Origin: an uncultured Clostridia bacterium
GTDB lineage: Bacteria > Bacillota > Clostridia > Oscillospirales > Acutalibacteraceae
Assembly: GCA_947625485.1 (NCBI GenBank)
Contig: CANQOP010000007.1
Span: 9,330 to 73,329, forward strand
Reading direction: 5' to 3'
DNA: 64,000 bases
In this document: positions 57,057 to 64,000 of the stretch, piece by piece
Numbering within the stretch: the stretch's first letter is position 1
Layout: each line of letters begins with the position of its first letter
Notes under the pieces: generated by a model
The model's input: the letters and a program-made list of their open reading frames with translations, nothing else
Databases searched by the model: none
What the model was told of the DNA's origin: nothing
Made by a program: the position numbers and the translations under genes

Positions 57057-57842
57057 ATGGACATTATGAGAATTGTTATAAAGGTCGGCACTTCTACCCT
57101 TGCCCACCCGACGGGAATGCTCAACATAAGGCACGTGGAAAATATGTGCAAGGTAATATCAGACCTCAAAAATGCAGGGAATGAAATTGTACTTGTAAGC
57201 TCGGGCGCAATAGGAATGGGACTCGGCAAAATAGGAATCCAAAAACGCCCCGACGATATTCCCACCAAGCAGGCGGCTGCGGCTATCGGTCAGTGCGAGC
57301 TTATGTATACCTACGACAAGCTTTTTTCAGAATACAACCACACAGTGGCGCAGATACTTATGACGGGCGCATATGTCGCGATTGAGGATTACGGCAAAAA
57401 CCTGAACAACACGCTATTCAGGCTTCTCGAACTCGGCGTTATCCCGATTATAAACGAAAACGACACCGTAACCACGGACGAAATCATAATCGGAGACAAC
57501 GATACCCTCGGCGCAATTATCGCAGAAGCGGTAAAAGCGGATATGCTTATAATCCTATCCGACATTGACGGACTGTTCACAGGCGACCCGAATAAGGACA
57601 CGGACGCAAAACGCATTAGTGTGGTGGAGGAAATCACTGAGGAAATCGAATCCCTCGCGGGGAGCAGAGGCTCGTCCCTGGGAACAGGCGGAATGATTAC
57701 AAAAATAAATGCCGCAAAAATTGCGACCGAGGTTGGAATTGACACTATCGTCGCAAACGGCAAAAATCCCGAAATACTTTACGATATTATAAACGGCGAG
57801 GGTATTTTCACTCGCTTTGTGGGGAGAAAAAATGACGACTGA
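57057..57842 (+). CDS. proB: Glutamate 5-kinase (no PUA domain)
   Basis: KVGTSTL, VSSGAIG.G, INENDTV, GDND.L, GTGGM.TK. Confidence 0.95.
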   Translation: MDIMRIVIKVGTSTLAHPTGMLNIRHVENMCKVISDLKNAGNEIVLVSSGAIGMGLGKIGIQKRPDDIPTKQAAAAIGQCELMYTYDKLFSEYNHTVAQILMTGAYVAIEDYGKNLNNTLFRLLELGVIPIINENDTVTTDEIIIGDNDTLGAIIAEAVKADMLIILSDIDGLFTGDPNKDTDAKRISVVEEITEEIESLAGSRGSSLGTGGMITKINAAKIATEVGIDTIVANGKNPEILYDIINGEGIFTRFVGRKNDD

Positions 57843-59079
57843 AGAACTTTTAATTAAAGCAAAAAACGCAAAGGCAGAGCTCAATATGATTTCTGTCGAA
57901 AAAATAAATTCAGCTCTTCTGGCTATGGCGGACAGCCTTGTTAATAACACGGAGAGTATTCTCAAAAAAAACGCCGAGGACGTAGAGGCGGCGCGCGGCA
58001 CAGTGAGCGACGTTATGATTGACCGACTTTCACTTACAAAAGAGAGAATAGAGGCGATGGCTCAGGGTGTGCGCGATGTTGCGGCTCTTCCCTGCCCTGT
58101 CGGGCGTGTGCTCGACCGCATAGTACGCGGCGACGGTCTTATTATTGAGAAAACCTCGGTTGCGCTCGGAGTGGTTGCGATTATCTACGAGAGCCGTCCG
58201 AACGTCACCTCCGACGCGGCGGCGCTCGCGCTGAAAAGCGGTAACGTATGCGTTCTCCGCTGCGGTAAAGAAGCGCACAAAAGCGCCGAAATTATTGTGA
58301 AAGCGCTTCAGGACGGGCTGGAAATGGCAGGTCTGAACCGCGACCTTGTTCTTCTCGTTGAAGACACTACAAGGCAGAGCGCAAATGAGCTTATGACTGC
58401 CGACGGTTACGTTGACCTGCTCATTCCGCGCGGCGGAAAGGGGCTGATATCGGCGTGCGTGAAAAACGCGACTGTTCCCTGTATTCAAACAGGTACGGGA
58501 ATATGTCACATCTATGTTGACGGTTCAGCCGACCTGGATATGGCTGTAAAAGTCATAGAAAACGCAAAGACGAGCAGACCGTCGGTGTGCAACGCCGAAG
58601 AGGTATGCGTGGTTGACAGCGCAATCGCGCAAAAGTTTTTGCCTATGCTAAAAGCGGCTCTGGTTGACAACCGAAAGGTTAATCCCGTTGAGCTGAGACT
58701 TGACGAAAGAGCGGCACAAATTATTGACGGTACAATAGCGGACGAAAATGATTTCGACACAGAGTTTCTCGACTATATTCTCGCGGTAAAAGTCGTTGAC
58801 GGCGTAGACGAGGCTATTAAACACATTAACGCTCATTCTACAAATCACAGCGAGGCAATCATAGCTAACGATACCGCGGTCTCCGAAAAATTCACAAAGA
58901 GCATAGACAGCTCGGCAGTTTACGTAAACGCGAGCACGCGCTTTACAGACGGAGGCGAGTTCGGTCTCGGCTGCGAGATGGGAATTTCCACTCAAAAACT
59001 GCACGCGAGAGGTCCTATGGGGCTTAACGAGCTTAATACCTACAAATATATAATTAAAGGAAACGGAAATATAAGGTGA
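57832..59079 (+). CDS. proA: Gamma-glutamyl phosphate reductase
   Basis: YESRPNVT, LIPRGG, CNAEE, NASTRFTDGGEFG.G.E.GISTQKLHARGP; ATG at 57832. Confidence 0.96.
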   Translation: MTTEELLIKAKNAKAELNMISVEKINSALLAMADSLVNNTESILKKNAEDVEAARGTVSDVMIDRLSLTKERIEAMAQGVRDVAALPCPVGRVLDRIVRGDGLIIEKTSVALGVVAIIYESRPNVTSDAAALALKSGNVCVLRCGKEAHKSAEIIVKALQDGLEMAGLNRDLVLLVEDTTRQSANELMTADGYVDLLIPRGGKGLISACVKNATVPCIQTGTGICHIYVDGSADLDMAVKVIENAKTSRPSVCNAEEVCVVDSAIAQKFLPMLKAALVDNRKVNPVELRLDERAAQIIDGTIADENDFDTEFLDYILAVKVVDGVDEAIKHINAHSTNHSEAIIANDTAVSEKFTKSIDSSAVYVNASTRFTDGGEFGLGCEMGISTQKLHARGPMGLNELNTYKYIIKGNGNIR

Positions 59080-59083
59080 TATT

Positions 59084-59884
59084 ATGTATAATTTCGGATT
59101 TATAGGAACGGGAAATATGGGCGGCGCGCTCGCGACCGCAGTAAGTAAAGCCACAAAATCCGTATTGCTTGCGGACCATTTCGCTGAGAAGGCGGAGGAA
59201 CTCGCTCATAAGCTCGGCTGTAACAAAGGAGACAACGAGCAGGTCGCTAAGGAATGCAAATTCATTTTTTTAGGTGTTAAGCCGCAGATGATGGCGCAAA
59301 TGCTCGGCTCAATAAACGATATTATTAAAAGCAGAACGGACGACTTTGTGCTCGTCACAATGGCGGCGGGACTTTCTATCGAAACAATTCGTTGTATGAC
59401 TCGCTCAGACGCGCACGTTATCCGCATTATGCCTAATACTCCCGTAATGGTAGAGCAGGGCGAAATTCTTTACTGCAGGAGTGATAATACAACCGATGCT
59501 CAGCTCTCAGAATTTCTTGACAATATGCGACTTGCGGGCAAACTCACGGCAATAGATGAGAGCCTTATGGACGCGGGCTGTTCTGTTTCGGGTTGCGGTC
59601 CTGCATTCGTGTATATGTTTATAAAGGGTCTCGCTCAGGGAGGAACAGACTGCGGAATTGACGAGAAAACCTCTCTCTCGCTTGCGGCGCAAACCGTGCT
59701 CGGCTCGGCAAAGCTTCTTTTGGAGAGTGGTACTGACCCCGATATTCTTATAAAAAATGTTTGTTCTCCGGGCGGAAGCACAATAGAGGGAGTTAAGTCT
59801 CTCGAGAACGATGAATTAGAAAGTATTGTAAAAAAAGCGGTAAGAGCGTCGTACAAAAGGAACATCGAGCTAGGCAAATCGTAA
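59084..59884 (+). CDS. proC: Pyrroline-5-carboxylate reductase
   Basis: GTGNMG, RIMPNTP, SGCGPAF, VCSPGGSTI. Confidence 0.95.
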   Translation: MYNFGFIGTGNMGGALATAVSKATKSVLLADHFAEKAEELAHKLGCNKGDNEQVAKECKFIFLGVKPQMMAQMLGSINDIIKSRTDDFVLVTMAAGLSIETIRCMTRSDAHVIRIMPNTPVMVEQGEILYCRSDNTTDAQLSEFLDNMRLAGKLTAIDESLMDAGCSVSGCGPAFVYMFIKGLAQGGTDCGIDEKTSLSLAAQTVLGSAKLLLESGTDPDILIKNVCSPGGSTIEGVKSLENDELESIVKKAVRASYKRNIELGKS

Positions 59885-60003
59885 ATAACCTGTATAATAA
59901 CACACCAAGGCGTGACTTGGTGTGTTTTTTATATAATATAAAAATTCAGACGGCGCCGTCTTACGACAAGCACCGTCCGGATTAAAAGAATGGATGGACT
60001 GAA

Positions 60004-61743
60004 TTATTCTACGTCCTGCATAGCGTCGTAGCCGGTTTCGCCTGTACGAACCTTTACTACGTCCTCTACGTCGTATATAAAAATCTTACCGTCGCCGATA
60101 TGACCCGTGTAGAGCGCTCTGATAGCCGCGTCAACAACGTCCTGAACAGGAACCTTGCACACTACAATCTCAACCTTCATCTTAGGCAGTAGGTTGGACT
60201 CAATAGCGACGCCTCTGTAGTACTCCGCTTTACCCTTCTGAGCGCCGCATCCGAGAACCTGAGAAACGGTCATACCCGTAATACCGAGCTTATCCATTTC
60301 GTTCTTGAGCGCCTCGAGGCGGGACTGCTTGAGAAGAATATCAATTTTAGTAATTTTAATGCTTCCGTCTGTTGCAGGAGCAACTCTGCCCGCAAGCTGA
60401 ACGGGAACTGCCTGAGTAACGGGAACTTCGCCTGACGCGTTAGCCTCGATAGCAGAGTCGAGAGACGCTGTCGAAACCGTAAGCGGCATAAAGTCGGCGT
60501 ATGCGTTCGGGAGACCGTGCTCGGTAATATCGAGACCCTTCATCTCCTCTTCAACGCTTGCACGCAGGCCGATTGTGTGCTTGATAATCTGGAACGCGAT
60601 AACCATTGTTACCGCTGTCCAAGCGAGGATACTAAACATACCTATGAGCTGAACGCCGAGCTGTTCAAATCCGCCGCCATAGAACAGACCTGTTACGCCG
60701 TTCTGACCCTTTCCTGTTGCGAAAAGACCAACGGCAATTGTACCCCACACACCGTTGCAGGCGTGAACAGCGACAGCACCGACAGGGTCGTCTATTTTGA
60801 GCTTGATATCAATGAACTCAACCGCAACGACTACTAAAATACCCGCAACGAGTCCGATGATTGCAGAACCCAGAGCGTCTGTGTCAGCGCACGGAGCCGT
60901 GATAGCTACGAGACCTGCGAGCGAGCCGTTAAGCGTCATACTTACGTCGGGTTTGCCGTTCTTAATCCAGGTATACATCATGGTCGCGCAGGTAGCAACC
61001 GCCGGAGAAATCGTTGTTGTAAGGAAAATTTGACCAAGGTGGTCAAGGCTGTCGGCGGCGGCGCCGTTAAATCCGTACCAGCCAAACCAGAGGATAAACA
61101 CGCCTAGCGCGCCGAGAGTAAGGCTGTGACCCGGGATAGCGTTTACCTTTCCGTCCTTGCCGTACTTACCAATACGCGGTCCCAGTATTTTCGCGCCGAT
61201 GAGTGCCGCTGTACCACCGACCATATGTATGCAGGTTGAACCGGCAAAGTCAACGAACGGTACGCTAAACGCGTTCGTAAGCCAGCCGCCTCCCCATACC
61301 CAGTGAGCCTCGACAGGATATACAACGAGCGATATAATTGCCGAGTACACGCAGTAGGAAACAAACTTTGTTCTCTCCGCCATAGCTCCCGATACGATCG
61401 TTGCTGCGGTTGCGCAGAACACCATATTGAACACAAATTCCTTCCACGGGAAGTCGTAGAAGTTGGTGAAAATCTGTAAATCGGGTCTGCCGATTAAACC
61501 AAAAAATGTGTTCTCGCCGTATAAAAGTCCAAATCCGAGAAGCACAAATACAACCGTGCCGATACAGAAGTCCATAAGGTTCTTCATAATAATATTACCG
61601 GCATTCTTTGCCCTTGTAAAACCGGTTTCAACCATCGCGAAGCCGCACTGCATAAAGAATACCAGCGCAGCGCCGATCAGAAACCATACGCCGCCAAGCT
61701 GTTCGTTAAACGGCGCAGAACTCGTAAGTTCCGTTACATTCAT
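60004..61743 (-). CDS. amtB: Ammonium transporter fused to a C-terminal PII domain
   Basis: FFMQCGFAM.E.G, DFAGS..IH..GG, WFGWYGFN, DDP..A..VH; then G.G.QKG..EYYRG T-loop and TG.IGDGKIF PII motifs. Confidence 0.95.
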   Translation of the reverse strand: MNVTELTSSAPFNEQLGGVWFLIGAALVFFMQCGFAMVETGFTRAKNAGNIIMKNLMDFCIGTVVFVLLGFGLLYGENTFFGLIGRPDLQIFTNFYDFPWKEFVFNMVFCATAATIVSGAMAERTKFVSYCVYSAIISLVVYPVEAHWVWGGGWLTNAFSVPFVDFAGSTCIHMVGGTAALIGAKILGPRIGKYGKDGKVNAIPGHSLTLGALGVFILWFGWYGFNGAAADSLDHLGQIFLTTTISPAVATCATMMYTWIKNGKPDVSMTLNGSLAGLVAITAPCADTDALGSAIIGLVAGILVVVAVEFIDIKLKIDDPVGAVAVHACNGVWGTIAVGLFATGKGQNGVTGLFYGGGFEQLGVQLIGMFSILAWTAVTMVIAFQIIKHTIGLRASVEEEMKGLDITEHGLPNAYADFMPLTVSTASLDSAIEANASGEVPVTQAVPVQLAGRVAPATDGSIKITKIDILLKQSRLEALKNEMDKLGITGMTVSQVLGCGAQKGKAEYYRGVAIESNLLPKMKVEIVVCKVPVQDVVDAAIRALYTGHIGDGKIFIYDVEDVVKVRTGETGYDAMQDVE

Positions 61744-61771
61744 AAAATCTCCTCCATAAAATTATTTAAGA

Positions 61772-61861
61772 TAAAAAACTAAGGGCGCCCGCAGCATCTT
61801 TGCTGAGGCGCCCTTGCCAAATCTTTGAACATAGTATAATACTTTTAAACCTCGTTGTCAA
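61772..61861 (-). promoter_or_regulatory. amt promoter and ANTAR-type attenuator
   Basis: TTGACA-N17-TATACT; GGC-AAGGGC-GCC and CAGC-AAAGAT-GCTG hexaloop hairpins within terminator AAGGGCGCC...GGGCGCCCTT plus T-run. Confidence 0.78.
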
Positions 61862-62121
61862 TAGTTTTTCTTAATTTTTTGCAAGATTTTTTTAAATTCC
61901 TGCATTTAATTAGGGCTTGTACCATTTATTGCATAAAAATAGTGAGGTTTCTGAAATATATTTATAAAATTATTTCATTTCTTGTTGTTTAAACATATCT
62001 TAAACTCAAATAAGCAAATATTTTGTCTTATGTAGTTGATTTACTTCGTATTTTTTGGTAAAATAAATTGAAATTATGCGGTTTATCAGTTCTTTTAGTA
62101 ATAACCGCACGGAGGAAATGT

Positions 62122-63144
62122 ATGGAAAAACTAATTACGTTTGCAGTTCCCTGCTATAATTCGGCTGAATATATGGACCACTGTATCGGAACCCTGCTGA
62201 CAGGCGGCGACGACGTGGAAATCATACTCATAGACGACGGCTCAACAAAAGACAACACTCCCGAAATCTGCGACAGCTACGCCGAGAAATACCCCGACAT
62301 CGTAAGGGTTATTCACCAGGAAAACGGCGGGCACGGCGAAGGCGTTAATCAGGGTCTCAAACACGCAACAGGTATGTACTACAAAGTAGTTGACAGCGAC
62401 GACTGGCTCGACGCAGACTGCCTGAAAGAAGTAATTATTAAGCTCAAAGCGCTCAAAAGCGCAAACCTCGATATGTTTATTTGTAACTATGTTTACGAGC
62501 ACGTTGAAGACAACACGAGCCACACAATGCACTACCGCAACGTTTTTCCGCAGAACAGAATTTTTAAGTGGGAGGACATAAAGGGCTTCAGCACTTCGCA
62601 GGTTCTTCTTATGCACAGCGTGATTTACCGCACACAGCTCCTTCGCGACTGCGGTGTAACGCTTCCGAAGCACACGTTCTATGTCGATAACATATTCGTT
62701 TATCAGCCTCTGCCGTACGTCAAGAGCATTTACTATATGGATCTTGACCTTTACCGCTATTTCATAGGTCGTGAGGACCAGAGCGTTAACGAAAAGGTTA
62801 TGGCAACCCGTATCGACCAACAGCTCAGGGTTACAAAAATTATGATTGACGCGCACAATCTCGACGACGTGTTCGCTGTGAGCAAAAAGCTCGGTATGTA
62901 TATGCGCAAGTATCTTACAATGATGATGACCATTTCCAACATATTCTGCGAGCTGTGCGAGTTCGAGGACAAGGACGAAAAGCGAAAGGATTTGTGGAAT
63001 TACCTCAAGGCGAAGGACGAAAACCTATACAAATACGTCAGGTCAAAAACTATTTTCGCTTTTGCCAACATCCAGCATAAGCCCGGCAGAAAAGCCGCCG
63101 TATTCTTCTACAGAATCGCAAGGAAAATATATAAATTCAACTGA
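62122..63144 (+). CDS. GT2-family glycosyltransferase
   Basis: VPCYN, LIDDGSTKD, NGGHG, VDSDD DxD motif; ATG at 62122. Confidence 0.92.
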   Translation: MEKLITFAVPCYNSAEYMDHCIGTLLTGGDDVEIILIDDGSTKDNTPEICDSYAEKYPDIVRVIHQENGGHGEGVNQGLKHATGMYYKVVDSDDWLDADCLKEVIIKLKALKSANLDMFICNYVYEHVEDNTSHTMHYRNVFPQNRIFKWEDIKGFSTSQVLLMHSVIYRTQLLRDCGVTLPKHTFYVDNIFVYQPLPYVKSIYYMDLDLYRYFIGREDQSVNEKVMATRIDQQLRVTKIMIDAHNLDDVFAVSKKLGMYMRKYLTMMMTISNIFCELCEFEDKDEKRKDLWNYLKAKDENLYKYVRSKTIFAFANIQHKPGRKAAVFFYRIARKIYKFN

Positions 63145-63742
63145 TTAAAATTTATATACACTAAAATCAGTAAACAAAATTAAGGAAGAAACAATATAAA
63201 AGTTTCACACAAAATGGAAAAAACAGTCAGCCTAATTAGATAAAGTTTAAAACCAAATATAAGACAGTCACGACCTTTTCGGTTATGTCTGTCTTTTTAT
63301 GTCAAATTAATTGCAAAATTAAAAAGGGATTGCCGAAGCACAATATCATTAAGATAATTTGCCAAGGGAGAAGAAAGAAACACACATGCGATAAGCAGGT
63401 GTGTTTTTTCGTATAAAATGGCATAAGGAAAAGACCAACGGAAACGTCAGACAAAAAACATATTGAATTAAAAGCAGAATTATGCTACTCTGTAAGAGAA
63501 GCTGGCAGGCGGGATACTACGAAGGTTTCTCGGCTTTGAAAGATTAGGACGATAAGGTAAAATATGTTTACTAATTACAGTTTCAACAGCTTTAGGGGCA
63601 TATCTGCCAAGCAGGAAATTGCGACAAGCATACACAGCAACAGAAAAGTTAATTTTGTAAATGTGTTGTCTTTTCTTTTTTCGGATGGCTATGCGGGAAG
63701 TAACTAATTCGGAAAAATTGTAAAGAGTAAGCCGAGCAAAGA

Positions 63743-64000
63743 TGAACTGACCCCAAAAAGTTAGACAAAGTTTTAGATATATTTTTGTAGAAATTAAATA
63801 TTAAGCGGCAGTTATGGCTTGAGATCTGTGTTGAGCAGGTGTCAAGCCATTTAATTTTAGCTTGATTCTTTGATTGTTGTAATAGTCAAGATATTTAACA
63901 AGCTCCTCTCGGAACTGTTCGATAGTATCAAATTCTTGTAAATAAAAGAATTCTGTTTTTACTAATCCAAAGAAATTTTCCATAACAGAGTTATCAAGGC
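63743..64000 (-). mobile_element. IS3-family (IS150-like) element, right end with transposase OrfB C-terminus; truncated by the window edge
   Basis: LDNSVMENFFGLVKTE...YYNNQRIK.KLNGLTPAQHR; terminal inverted repeat TGAACTGACCCCAAAAAGTTAGACA at 63743. Confidence 0.9.

Noticed and set aside
63420-63490. c-di-GMP-I riboswitch (GGAAAA...GAAA tetraloop)
   Set aside because: The GACGCAAAG and P1 consensus is not met; the resemblance is too weak.

Overview
Chromosomal window from a gut Clostridia bacterium, most likely Ruminococcus-like (Oscillospiraceae); the taxon is inferred from gene content such as a dockerin-bearing amylase. The core is an unusually dense nitrogen-assimilation neighbourhood: gltBD, gdhA, type III glnA, an Amt-PII fusion, carA, a CarB-DapF fusion, pyrG, dapL and proBAC. 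It also holds a pseudo-receiver ANTAR protein, with matching ANTAR-type attenuators upstream of glnA and amt. Other content includes starch genes (GH13-CBM26-dockerin amylase, GH31, phosphohexomutase), transporters, a two-component system with an atypical ABC-like operon, two tRNAs and the end of an IS3 element. Three accessory patches stand out. (1) A 185-bp tandem repeat behind tRNA-Ala carries both sense and antisense copies of the tRNA 3' end. (2) An AT-rich island behind tRNA-fMet holds a complete type III toxIN system, a second cassette with an almost identical promoter, a different pseudoknot antitoxin and a truncated toxin, plus a convergent sRNA pair and a multi-hairpin candidate ncRNA. 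(3) A secreted Zn-phospholipase C/P1-nuclease-like gene sits with two LRR/Ig paralogs under duplicated ECF-type promoters. All calls are from motif recognition by eye; no database searches were run.
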